From Rhynchobatus australiae (lineage: Eukaryota), in NCBI GenBank assembly GCA_034780895.1, contig JAUZTB010000107.1, positions 78,322,090 through 78,386,089 of the forward strand: a stretch of 64,000 nt of DNA, in the 5' to 3' direction. Below the pieces are notes generated by a model. That model saw nothing but the letters and a program-made list of their open reading frames with translations. It did no database searches and was not told the DNA's origin. Positions 12,913 to 25,316 of the stretch are shown one piece after another (the first letter of the stretch is position 1; the number at the start of each line of letters is the position of its first letter). Both the position numbers and the translations under genes were made by a program.

Positions 12913-13294
12913 TCTGCAATACGAAGTTCACCTTAAACTGAAAGCCCAGCAATTTGCAATTCGAGACTAGATCCCCTGAGATTATTGAATGATTAGTACT
13001 GTTCCACCATCAGTTTTGCCAAAAGATCTCATTATCATTCTCTTCACGAGTTTATACAAATCGCTGAATTTGCCGTATAAATACAAAAAAGTTAATGCAA
13101 TGACTCTCAGCCATAGAAGAATTATAACCAGAATATGTTTTGTAAGCAATAATTCTTCCAAATGTATTAAACTTCACTACGTTTTCCTTTTAGTTTTTTT
13201 TAAACCACTCCTAATTCAATCCCTTTATCTTTCTAGAAAATTGACACTCATTTTTCAGGGCTATTTATTTACTGTTTCTGTCTCAGTCTTTATT

Positions 13295-13580
13295 GGGCAG
13301 CACAGTGGCTCACACTGCAAACTTCCAGCTCTAGCAATCCAAACTTAATCCTGACCTTCGGTGTGTCTGTGTGCAGTTGACACGTATCCCTTGGCCAGAA
13401 ATGTTTCCTCCCACATCCTAAAGATGCACTAATTGGTAGGTTAACTGGCCACTGTAAATTGCCTCTAGTGGATGGCATGAGAATTGATGGAAGATGGGAT
13501 TTGTGTGTATGGGTGCTCATTGGCTGGCACAATTGCAGTGGGTGAAGGGTCGATTTTCCTGTTGTTTGACTCTGTGACTA
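13295..13580 (+). mobile_element. HE1/V-SINE-like SINE with CR1-type tail
   Basis: GGGCAGCACAGTGG head, TTTCCTCCCACATCCTAAAGA and TAAATTGCCTCTAGTG core, TTTGACTCTGTGACT tail. Confidence 0.7.
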
Positions 13581-15029
13581 ACCTGATTCCACTAGTTGAA
13601 GCTGAGGATGAGGATTACACAACAAGATTAAATATCAAATATTTAAAGCAGAAAGGTGGCAGATTATGGATTTCACCTCTCAGTCATTGGTTGAAGCAGA
13701 ATCTATGTAAATATTCATGATTAGACTGGATATGTAGTTGAAGGAAAAGAAGTTGAAGGGATGAGGGAGCATATATATGAAAAAAAACCTTGTTGACATG
13801 GAAGGTAAACCAACACCAATTAATTGAAACAAATTCAGTGTTGTAGCTTCTATATACATATAAGCTATAAATTGGGTAACAATCCTATTTTTTTTATTAA
13901 GATGCTTAAATAAAGATCACTTTCAGAAAGCTAAAAATAATAGAGGCTTTGCCTTACCCAACTTTAGGTTTTATTACTGGGCAGTCAGTATACAAAATTT
14001 TACGTTTTGGTGACATTAATCATGAGGCTTGTCCAGTATGGGTTTCTTTGGAAGCTAATTCTCTNNNNNNNNNNNNNNNNNNNNNNNNNNNNNNNNNNNN
14101 NNNNNNNNNNNNNNNNNNNNNNNNNNNNNNNNNNNNNNNNNNNNNNNNNNNNNNNNNNNNNNNNNNNNNNNNNNNNNNNNNNNNNNNNNNNNNNNNNNNN
14201 NNNNNNNNNNNNNNNNNNNNNNNNNNNNNNNNNNNNNNNNNNNNNNNNNNNNNNNNNNNNNNNNNNNNNNNNNNNNNNNNNNNNNNNNNNNNNNNNNNNN
14301 NNNNNNNNNNNNNNNNNNNNNNNNNNNNNNNNNNNNNNNNNNNNNNNNNNNNNNNNNNNNNNNNNNNNNNNNNNNNNNNNNNNNNNNNNNNNNNNNNNNN
14401 NNNNNNNNNNNNNNNNNNNNNNNNNNNNNNNNNNNNNNNNNNNNNNNNNNNNNNNNNNNNNNNNNNNNNNNNNNNNNNNNNNNNNNNNNNNNNNNNNNNN
14501 NNNNNNNNNNNNNNNNNNNNNNNNNNNNNNNNNNNNNNNNNNNNNNNNNNNNNNNNNNNNNNNNNNNNNNNNNNNNNNNNNNNNNNNNNNNNNNNNNNNN
14601 NNNNNNNNNNNNNNNNNNNNNNNNNNNNNNNNNNNNNNNNNNNNNNNNNNNNNNNNNNNNNNNNNNNNNNNNNNNNNNNNNNNNNNNNNNNNNNNNNNNN
14701 NNNNNNNNNNNNNNNNNNNNNNNNNNNNNNNNNNNNNNNNNNNNNNNNNNNNNNNNNNNNNNNNNNNNNNNNNNNNNNNNNNNNNNNNNNNNNNNNNNNN
14801 NNNNNNNNNNNNNNNNNNNNNNNNNNNNNNNNNNNNNNNNNNNNNNNNNNNNNNNNNNNNNNNNNNNNNNNNNNNNNNNNNNNNNNNNNNNNNNNNNNNN
14901 NNNNNNNNNNNNNNNNNNNNNNNNNNNNNNNNNNNNNNNNNNNNNNNNNNNNNNNNNNNNNNNNNNNNNNNNNNNNNNNNNNNNNNNNNNNNNNNNNNNN
15001 NNNNNNNNNNNNNNNNNNNNNNNNNNNNA

Positions 15030-15430
15030 TGTTATGTCATATCTAAATTTAGAGAAGATCTATTTCTGAATCTATACTGAACTTTCAAATATTATGGGGA
15101 CCTTTTCTAAACTACTTTCAAAACCATTGATTTGGTGCTTAAGGTACAGATAGATACAGGCTAATACCATTACGTCTTTAGGGCTTTTTTTTGTCTTTTT
15201 TCTTACCAGACAGCTTTGATTTTGGTCGTGGGGTTAGATTTTTTTCCATAATAAAATTATTCCAATTTATTAATATTAATTGGTTATCATTTCTGTTTAT
15301 CAATATGAGGTATTGTGATGTCAAGTGTGATTCAATACAATGTATTTTGTAACATTTTGCCTTTTCTTTTGTTTCACTGTATTTTCTATTTGGAATTAAT
15401 AAAAATATTGAAAAAGAAAAGAAAGAAAAG
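15030..15430 (+). mobile_element. L1-type LINE 3' end with A-rich tail
   Basis: VMSYLNLEKI...FQILWGPFLNYFQN resembles the fish L1 ORF2 C-terminus; followed by AATAAA and a (GAAAA)n tail; the 5' part lies in the N gap. Confidence 0.55.
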
Positions 15431-15459
15431 ATGTAGAATGTCCCTGTTATGGCATAGTA

Positions 15460-15776
15460 CAGTAAAACTCCAATAATCCAGCTTGGTCTGAACTTCAGTG
15501 GTGCCAGATCAACAAATTTTCTAGATTACTGGATGCTATTTCTATTAATACCTCAACCCCCTTAAATCACGTTTTTAGATGTTACATAGTATGATAATAA
15601 ATTTTCCAAAGTGGGAAGAGACTGCAGGAACTGGGACTCAGGTGTGTGGAAGGGGAGCACAGAAACCAGGGCCCAGCTGAGCTGGAGGGGAGGGCAGTGA
15701 GTATTACCTTGTGAGCCAGGAGCTAAACCATCAAGATTTCCAAATAGTTGGACAGTGGATTATCAGAGTTTTATTG
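15460..15776. mobile_element. Tc1/mariner (Tigger/pogo-like) MITE
   Basis: TIRs CAGTAAAACTCCAATAATCC ... GGATTATCAGAGTTTTATTG, flanked by TA at 15458-59 and 15777-78; no coding capacity. Confidence 0.75.
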
Positions 15777-15964
15777 TAATAAGAGAAAAGCATCAACCCA
15801 GTGGAACAAAATCAGACAAAGCTGGAAACGCTTAAGTAGATAGCAGTCTAAAAAAACAAAGTGGGAACAACTGAAGCCATGAAATGATCTGAGACGTTAG
15901 GACTGAGAACTTAGCTTAATGATAATTAACCAAAGGAATATTCAGCTCATGCCAAGATTTAATA

Positions 15965-16445
15965 TTAGAAATACTCAGGGTAGGCAACATCTGTGAAGAA
16001 ACCGAGTTATTGTTTCAGGACAATGATATTTCATCAGAACTGAGAAATCAAACAAATTTTAAGTTGCATTGAAGGGGAATGGGTGGTAATAACAAAGGAA
16101 ATATCTGTGAACGACCATGAAAGACTGAAGTGATAGTGATGCCAGTTGTGAGACAGTGGTGAACATCTGTTAATCATTGTTGACGTCTGGACGAAATATA
16201 AATAAAAGATGAATGAAACAAGAGAAAGATTTTGTTTCCACCTTATTGAGTCATTTGTATTGTTCATTCCATCGTTCGTCCTCCTCTGTAACTTAAAACA
16301 AGCTCGATTTTTAAATTTTCCCAATTCTGATGGAAAGTGAAATCTGAAACATTAATTCATTCTCTCCTTCTGCAGATGCTACCTGGCTTGTTAGTTTTTC
16401 AAGCATTTTCTGTCTTTATTTAAGATTTCCATTATCTGCAAATTT
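15965..16445. mobile_element. Degraded Penelope-type fold-back element
   Basis: Inverted arms (AATACTCAGG..GCAACATCTGTG...TTTCATCAGAA versus TTCTGATGGAAAG..CTGAAACATT...CAGATGCTACCTGG) like those at 23325-23767. Confidence 0.55.
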
Positions 16446-19025
16446 TTTTGCTATTTGATTCATATTAGAAAGGTAAAGAGCAAAGAATTAGTTGTAAAAT
16501 GAGGGGAAAAAGTGGAATCTGGATGTTATGATTCTACAGTTCCAGATGAGAGTACAAGGGGAAAAAGATGATCGTGTGAGGGAGGGAAACCAAGCCATTG
16601 CGAGTGATGTGCTGACAGTTTATCTTGATAGTTAGGAAGGGATTGTATAAAAGCAGACCCATGGACTTGGACAATAAAGGAGGAACATTGGCAGAGAACA
16701 GACTAACTAGTTATATCAAGTGCTGACAGAAGATTGACGTGTGGAGGCACAGCACAGTCAGTATCATCGATGATGAGATTCATGACTTTTGCCAGAACAA
16801 TCTCAACAATGAAGCATGAACAAAAATAAATTGCAAAGATCCGAACAAAAAGTTTTTGGAAAAATGGATATGGCGATGGAACGTAATGATGAACCTACAG
16901 ATTGTAGAGAGGGAAGAATACATAAATCTGAATCTGCTAAGAATGGGATTTTAAGCTATAGGATGTACTCAATGGTTTTTAAGAGGAAAATAATGCTATA
17001 TTTTCAAAGAAGGTTGTTGGATGATCAGAAATTAGGTGTGGGAGGAAATCTAAGGAGCAGGAGAAGCTGATTATAAAAAGGATACAGAGTAAATCAAGGT
17101 TTACAATGCAAAGACATAAAGGCTTATACAGTAAGGAGATTGGAAGATCAAGCATAGAGACAAAAGAGAGAATAATCAGAGTGGACTTAATTCTGGAAAC
17201 TAAAATTACCACAACCTCCTCACTTTTGAAGTTGAAAGCAAATTAATAGGATTGAAAGAGGCATAAGATTAATCAGTGATAATTGATTTGTTATGGAATA
17301 CCAAAAAAAAAGAAATGTAAAGGTAGGTTATCCCTTTTATGGTATTGTTTTTTCAACACCATTAATAAGTGCTTGTGGTGGCAAAGGGAAAGCGGAGATA
17401 AACTGGACAAAGAAAGAAATTGCTGAGTTATTTAAAAAGAATGAGAGAGTGAGACTAGATATTTCTTTCATAGAAAGGGTACAGGTTTGATGGGCAAAGG
17501 ACTTCCTTCTGGAGAGTAAGATTTCATGATTCAAGTAGTAATTGGGGATTTGAGGAAATTTTACGAATGGAAGACTAGAAATATTCTTAAGCTCCAGCAT
17601 GATTTTGAAATAATATGGTTTTAAATGGGTGTGGAGGACAGTGGGTGGGAAGCAGGTTGTGCGTAGTAAAAACTTCAAATACGGAGAGAGCTTAATACAT
17701 AATATGGTCAAAGATTAATTGTAAGTGTATCATGAAATAATACATGTGTAAAGATGTCAGACAATGAAAAGCTGGGACTTAATATTGGAGTGAAATAACT
17801 GCCAACAAGGAGTAATTTGGTGTAAAGGAGGAAAACTTGAACAGTGGCATGAGATATGGGTTTTTACATTTCCTTTACTTATTGACTGCTTACTCCTTCT
17901 GGCAGGTTTGATGGAGTTTATACTAATGCATAGCTCCCCAGAGCTGCTGTTTATTATTTTTGCAGCATTCGTCTAAGAAAACCTTTGAATCATTATTTGG
18001 GAATCTTTAAGAATGATTTGTATGGGAAATTGTAATGGTCCCTTTCCATGTCAAAGGCCATTTTCCACATATATCAGGCATACAATGAATGCCAGATGTA
18101 TCAAAAGCAGATTGCAATACAACCCTTTGTGAAACAAAAGGGTTTGAAGCTTTAATTTCTACTCACCCATTGTTATTATTGGAAGCTATAGAAATTATAT
18201 CATTTCCAAAAGCAAACAAAATCAACATGGAACCATTGGTTTCCAAGATGGATTTTGAAATGTGGTCATGATCAGTGAATCCAATGACATTTTTGTTTGG
18301 AGGGAGCAGGACAGTTGGATGTACCTGGTACTATTACTGCAGAAAGATTAAAGATACAGTTGACCTTGAATGATGCAAAGAACTGCTGGAATGATTTGGG
18401 CGAGGGAACAAAACAAATATAAACTCACCAAACTAGGACTTTTCATTAAATTTAAGGGGCTTGTGGTGAAGTTATTCTAATGAATAAGATTGAAGGATGT
18501 ATAGGATTAGTCGAGGATAATTGATGTGTTATGGAACACCACAAATAGGCATACAAGCAAAAAAAAATCACATACTTGTAATGTTTGAAGTATCACAGCT
18601 AATTAATTATATTGCTGCAATATNNNNNNNNNNNNNNNNNNNNNNNNNNNNNNNNNNNNNNNNNNNNNNNNNNNNNNNNNNNNNNNNNNNNNNNNNNNNN
18701 NNNNNNNNNNNNNNNNNNNNNNNATTGCTGCAATATTTTATAGGCACATATACTAGCCAATTTGAAAACAGAGCTCAATAAAATAATGAAATGAATGGAC
18801 TTAATAATCTGTATTGTGGAAGAATTGATTGACAGATAATTATTGGCAAGGACATTTGGGGAACTTGTTCGCTCAGCTTTCGGACATTTTACATCCCCTT
18901 GAACATGCCAGAGGTTCTCCTGTTTCACTGGAAAGATTGCCTATCTAACTACTTAACACTCTCTCAGAATAACGGTGCAGCGGCAGCTTCGTTCCTGCAG
19001 TCAAGGGTGGATTTGATTCTACCTT

Positions 19026-19184
19026 CTGGAGACACAAGAGACTGGAATCTGAAGCAATACACAAAATGTTGGAGGAAATCTGAAACGTTTTAGATTTTAG
19101 AAGACCCTGAAACGTCGACTGTCCATTTCCCTCCGTAGATGCCGCCTGACCTGCTGAGTTCCTCCAGCTTTTTGTGTGTTGCTC
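19026..19184. mobile_element. Short Penelope-type element with 13-bp TSD
   Basis: Flanked by TTGATTCTACCTT at 19013-19025 and 19185-19197; contains GAAACGTCGACTGTC...GATGCCGCCTGACCTGCTGAGTTCCTCCAGC. Confidence 0.75.
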
Positions 19185-19769
19185 TTGATTCTACCTTTGA
19201 ATCATTACATTGTAAGTACCAGCAGGAGGCACACTGTCACTTTCTCGGGTAAAGATAAAAGATTCCATAGTGCTTTTTTTAAAGGAGCATTATCTCTTCC
19301 ATTATATCATATTTATTATGAATAATAAAGGAATATCATTTGTGTTGTTTGATATGGGACCTCACTGCATGTTGTTTCCCATATTGCAAGTGTCCCCAAA
19401 TCAGTGGTCCCAGATGGCATCCCAGTGCTCCAAAGACATCGGACTGACCCCAATATATGCCACTGTCCTTGGTTACATGACGTGATACGATTTCTAAAAC
19501 TGATGACTCACCATGAGCATTCGATTCCTTCCAAGACAAATAGAAGGACAAGGTAAATCCGGAGAGTTAATTCACATCGCCATGACGGCTGTTCAGTTTG
19601 AAACTAGAAAAAAAGCAAACTCGGTCAGTCCTTCACACAAAAGTAACCTCGACGACATGGCAAGTGTGGTGGAGGCGAGGTTGCTGGAAAGGTTGAGGGC
19701 ACAGCTGGATGCTGCGAGGGTGCAGCCAACGTGCAAGGCCATGACACTTGACAAAATGGTGTGGGTGAG

Positions 19770-20300
19770 CGGTGGGGAGAGGCCCGCCTTGTGTACTTCG
19801 TGAGTGTCCGGCACACAACCCATCAGAATCAGCCACGTCACTCGTATCCATGCCTCCGAGTGGGAGGAGTGGAGGCGGGCTGGGCCNNNNNNNNNNCGGG
19901 TTGGAGGGACTGAGGTCTCAGGTAAGGATGGTGTGTTTCTGTCTTCGGGGTGCTCACTCAGCAGCTGCCGATGGCGGGGCCCAGGCGCCCGACAGCGTAG
20001 CGGGGGCTGCGCCTTCAGCAGGTTCAAGCAGCTAGAGAGCAGGGCGGGCTTTGCCGGCCTCGCATTCGAGGTGCCGGGCGGCAGAGGACTGGGGAGCTGG
20101 CGGCTGGGCCTTTACCGAGAGGTGGTCGTTTTTATGTTGTTGTGACTAAAGTCCGCGTGTCCTTTGGTGTGGTGGGAGCAGCCAGGACGCGCACTGGGAG
20201 GAGGCCCGCTGTCCGGACGAGTGGCGGGAGCAGCCTGGCTGCGGGACGGGCCGAATCACGTGGGGCTTCAGCTGTGGGTTTCTTCCGTATTACTATTAAT
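19770..20300 (+). promoter_or_regulatory. SLC33A1 CpG-island promoter and probable non-coding first exon (donor CAG|GTAAGG at 19921/19922)
   Basis: The only CpG-rich island upstream of the SLC33A1 coding exon. It has a strong donor site, and the first coding exon begins at a polypyrimidine-TAG acceptor (24527), so an upstream exon is required. Confidence 0.75.
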
Positions 20301-20549
20301 CTGTTTGATGAATGAAACTGCCACGACACAAAATCAGAGTACCATTAAAGACCAGGGTATTGAACGTTTTAACCATGTTACATTTTTGTACTTAAAGGTT
20401 GTTACAAGCGTCGGCAAAGGCCTGATTTATGATATTTTCCTTAGTCACTGTATTTTTACTAGTTAGCTGGTTTGCTGCAAAGCGCAGTGCTCACTTTAAA
20501 GTGTTGTGCATTTTATTGAATTGTGGAATACCAAGTCCGTGATTTAATC

Positions 20550-22375
20550 ATAGCATTCTGGTTGCTGTATTGGTTTATCACCGAGGTACAGTGAAAAACT
20601 TGCCTTGCATACCGTTCGTACAGATTAACTCATTACACAGTGCATTGAGGTAGTACAGGGTAAAAATAATAACAGAATACAGAGTGAAGTGTCATGGCTA
20701 CAGGGAAGTGCATTGCAGGTAGACAATAAGGTACAAGGTCAAACAAAGTAGATTGTGAGGTCAAGAGTCCATCTCATCGAATAAAGGAACAGTTTAATAG
20801 TTTTATTACGGAGGGATAGGAGCTGTCCTTGAACCTGGTGGTATGTGCCTTCCTGTATCTTCTGCCTGATGGGAGAGGGAAGAAGAGAGAATGACCTGGG
20901 TGGTTGGGGTCTTTGATTATGCTGGCTGCTTCACCAGGGCAGTGAGAGGTATAGACGGTCTATGGAGGGGAGGCTGGTTTCTGTGATGTGCTGGGCTGTG
21001 TCCACAACCCTCTGCAGTTTCTTGGGGTCCTGGGCAGAGCAGGTCCTTGACATACCAAGCCAGATAGGATGTGTTTTATGGTGCAGCAATTAAAAATTGG
21101 TGAGTGTCCAAGGGGGCATGTCAAATTTCTGTAGTCTCATGAACAAGTGGAGGCACTGGTGAGCTTTCTTGGCTGTGTCATCTACATGAATGGACCAGAA
21201 CAGGCTGTTGGTGATGTTCACTCCGAGGAAGTTGAAGCTCTCAACCCTCTTGACCTCAGCACCATTGATGTAGGCAGGTGCATGTACACAGCCTCCTTTC
21301 CTGAAGTCAATGACCAGCTCTTTTGTTTTGCTGACATTGAGGGAAAGGTTGTTGTCATTGACACCATGTCACTAAGCTCTCTGTCTCCTTCCTGTACTCT
21401 GACTCATCGTTATTTGNNNNNNNNNNNNNNNNNNNNNNNNNNNNNNNNNNNNNNNNNNNNNNNNNNNNNNNNNNNNNNNNNNNNNNNNNNNNNNNNNNNN
21501 NNNNNNNNNNNNNNNNCACCATGTCACTAAGCTCTCTATCCCCTTCCTGTACTCTGACTCATCATTATTTGAGATGCAGCCTACTATGGTGGTATCATCT
21601 GCAAACCTCTAGATGGAGTTAGAGCGAAATCTGGCTACGCAGTCATGAGTATGTAGGGATTAGAGGGCTGAGGATGCAGCCTTGTGGGGTACCAGTGTTG
21701 AGAATAAGAGCTGAAGGTGTTGCTGCCTATTCTCACTAATTGCGGTCTGTTGGTCAGAAAGTCAGGGATCCAGTTACAGAGGGATGTGTTGAGTCCTAAG
21801 TCTTGCAGTTTGTCGATGAGTTTTCTCAGAATTATGGTATTGAAAGCAGAGCTGTAGTCAACAAACAATAGTGTAACATAGGTGCCTTTACTGTCCAGAT
21901 GCTCCAGAGATGGGTGTAGGACCAGGGAGATGGCGTCCACTGTAGACCTGTATCGGTGGCAGGCGAATTGCAGTAGGTCGAGGTTGTCTCGGAGGCTGGA
22001 GTTAATGCATGCCATGACTAGCCTCTCGAAACACTTTATGATAGTGGATGTCAGAGCCACTGGTCGGTAGTCATTAAGGCATGTTACCTTGTTTTTTGGT
22101 GATAGTGGTCTTAAAGCAGGTGGGAACCTCAGATTGAAGCAGGGAGAGGTTAAATATGTCTGCAAATAGCCCGCCAGCTGATCAGCACAACATCTGAGCA
22201 CACAGTCAGGGATACCATCCAGGCCAGATGCTTTCCTTGGGTTCACCCTCTGGAAGACTGATCTTATGTCCTCGAAGGGAACCACGGGTTCAGTTGCATT
22301 GGAGGCTGTCAGAGTGGGTGGTGACAATCCACTCCCCTTCTGTTCAAAACGCACATAGAGTGTGTTAAACTCATC
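20550..22375 (-). mobile_element. Rex1/Babar non-LTR retrotransposon remnant (RT domain) in SLC33A1 intron 1
   Basis: ORF 21635-22354: RVNPRKASGLDGIP...LNDYRPVALTSTIIKCFERLV...LLFVDYSSAFNTI (RT subdomains); family 3' tail at about 20550-20800. Confidence 0.92.
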
Positions 22376-23324
22376 AGAATAATGACATAATGCCTGAAAC
22401 TTGAAACTAAATTACAGTTTTGGCTCTGATTACATTTGCTTTACTGAAACCATGGTAATAGTTAATAGGCATATGTTAAGTGATGTAAAAACATATATAA
22501 TGACAGTATTATATGACTTTCAATAGCATTACTGAATAGCATAAATTATAATGCTGGGATTACATATGATGCAAATATCTTCTTGAGTAGTTATTGCATA
22601 GAAATAAACTGGAAAAAATGTTAGACATAAGATATAAGAGCAGGAATAACCCATTTTTCATGGTAACTTGTTCTTGTATTTTGTTGTCTCCCTGCATTCT
22701 TCAGCAACTATTGGTCTTCTGCTTGGTGAATAAACATCAGAAGTCTTAATTTAAGACCTCGCCTATGTCCTGTTCCTTCACAAGCAGATTGCTCCTTTGG
22801 TCAGTAATGGGCCTCACTTCTTCCTTTTTGCCCTTAATATTATTGTACATGAGCCGATGTATATAGAAACAACCTAGGGCCTTTTAGGTGGTCCATTTTT
22901 ATTCTGTCCCAGAGGAAGCTGCTCATTTGCTCTTAGCCATGCTGATTCCACTGTCAGGATGTGCAAATTTTTGCACGTGATTGCAGCTGACTACTTATGT
23001 TGTCACAAGATGCTCCAGTGTGATCTCAGACATTTTTCTGCAGCTGTAGAGGGTGTCTGGCATGTTAGCTTTTTCTTTGGTTAGCTTCAACTCTCCAGAT
23101 GTGTAGTGGTTCTTCTCCAGCGAGACTGTACAAACTATTGATGTTCACATGCAAGGCTGCCAGCAATAATTCTGCATCAGGTCATTCTCTCTTACTTGGA
23201 TGGGCAGACTCTTCCCATATTGGAGAAGCATTCCAGCATTGGAATAACATAAAGCACAAAGTTGAAGTATGCTTGAGGAATAGGCATGTATGAGGTTCTT
23301 GAGTAAGGCTCCATGACCTGCAGA

Positions 23325-23767
23325 GAAATAAAGGACTGCAGATGCTGGAATCGAGATGGAAAACATGATGATGCTAGAGGAACTCACCAGGCCAGGCAGC
23401 ATCCGTGGAGAAAAGCAGCCGGTCAATGTTTCGGGTCAGGACCCTTCCTAGCCTTTTTTTGTACCTTTTTTTTCCTTTCTCTCGTTACCTTTGACCCATC
23501 CCTTGGTGGATCTGCTCTCCCCTCCTCCCCTGCACCTGCCTGTCACTATCTCTTACCTGCATCTACCTATCACCACTTTATGCCCACCCCACCTCCCCTC
23601 TTTTGTCCACATCTTTGTTCTGCTTTTCTCTCCTATACATTGGGCTTCCCTTTTTTCTATCTTCAGTCCTGAAGGAAGGGTCCTAACCCAAAACATTGAC
23701 CACCTGCTCTTCTCCACAGATGCTGCCTGGCCTGCTAAGTTCCTCCAGCATCATCGTGTTTTTCATT
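23325..23767. mobile_element. Penelope-type fold-back element (inverted pLTR-like arms) with 13-bp TSD
   Basis: Inverted arms of about 95 bp (about 23357-23448 and 23674-23766) around a pyrimidine-rich spacer; flanking direct repeat CATGACCT(G/A)CAGA at 23312-23324 and 23768-23780. Confidence 0.8.
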
Positions 23768-24568
23768 CATGACCTACAGACCTATGCCTCATAATCAGTT
23801 TCTGTCTTGGGAAAGTAGGAGGGAGAAATGTTTTGCTCATTATGACTTGATTAGGTGCTACAATTTAGCATCAGACAAATTCCCTGTCAAAATGCAAATT
23901 CAAAGCAAAATACAATTTTTTTTTAAATTGGAGTTGTGATCCAACCAAATAAAACTACTAATGACTTTTTGATATGCTCAGAAACTTGAGAAAAGAACTG
24001 GTATTTGTCACAACCCAGATACTTGCATAACAGCTATTCACCTCTTTCTTTGAAAGATCTGGGTGTTTGGATAAATATCATTTTATTTTTTTCTTCTTAA
24101 CATGGACTCAAAACCCATTCATATGGAGATGGGTTTAATATGGTTGATGATTGTTTCTTCGTGGTTGTAAATGAGTTTTTTGATAACTGCTTCCTGTGCA
24201 ATTCTTCAGAAAATATTAGAATGAAGCCTAAAATTTTTAGTTTTATTTGAATGAGGCCATTATTCCGATAGATTGTCAAAATATTAAATTGTCTACAGAC
24301 ACCACTGAAGCATTTTCCTGAGGCAGGTGCATTTTCGAAGGTTGTACAAGTTCCAAATTTGTAATCTTGGAAGCTTTTTCAAAAAAAAATATTAGAAGAT
24401 GTTTTTGCATATAATGCAAAATACTTCTGATTTAGGAAAATACTTCTAGAACATTTTGAAATCATTACTGGCAATTATTGTCTTAAAGATTATAAATCCA
24501 TTTTTCCCTTTTTGTCCTGTTTTTAGGTGTATTGATTGAAGAACTGAGCTCTGTTATTTAGATCTGAC

Positions 24569-25316
24569 ATGTCGTCATCAGATGTACCCAAAGAACGCAG
24601 TAGACAACGTGTTCAAAATCCGCCTGAAGCTTGGCACATGCAAAATGATGTGTATAGCTATGACACTAGTTTGGAAATGAATGAAAAAAAAGACCTTCTG
24701 AAAGACTATGACAATGGATTATCCAAATCTAATAATACAGTTCTTAAAAATGATCTCAGTAACATTTTACTGCTCTTATTCCTCTATGTCTTGCAGGGAA
24801 TTCCACTTGGTGTGGCTGGGAGCATCCCACTAATACTGCAGAGCAAAAATGTTAGTTACTCAGACCAAGCTATTTACAGCTTTGTATTTTGGCCTTTCAG
24901 TCTGAAACTGCTGTGGGCACCCTTAGTGGATGCTGCGTATTTTCCAAACTTTGGGCGGAGAAAGTCTTGGCTGGTGCCAACTCAGTATTTTCTGGGGCTT
25001 TTTATGCTTTTTCTGTCATTTGAAGTGGATGAATTACTGAAAAGCGATGAACATACTAGCCCCAATATTGTTAAACTTACAGCTGTTTTTTTTATGTTTG
25101 GATTCCTGGCTGCTACGCAGGATATAGCAGTGGATGGTTGGGCATTAACTATGTTGTCCAAAGAAAATGTGGGACTTGCCTCTACTTGCAATTCTGTTGG
25201 ACAGACAGCAGGGTACTTTCTGGGTAATGTACTCTTTTTGGCACTGGAATCAACAGAGTTCTGTAACAAATATATACGCATGCAATCTCAGCCAACTGGA
25301 ATTGTTACGCTAGCAG
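24569..25316 (+). CDS. SLC33A1: SLC33A1 first coding exon (748 nt coding; exon starts at 24527)
   Basis: MSSSDVPK...GIVTLA G|GTAAAG; acceptor TTTTTAG| at 24526. Confidence 0.96.

Noticed and set aside
19513-20466. Overlapping ORFs at the SLC33A1 island
   Set aside because: GC-rich promoter sequence with no recognisable protein motifs
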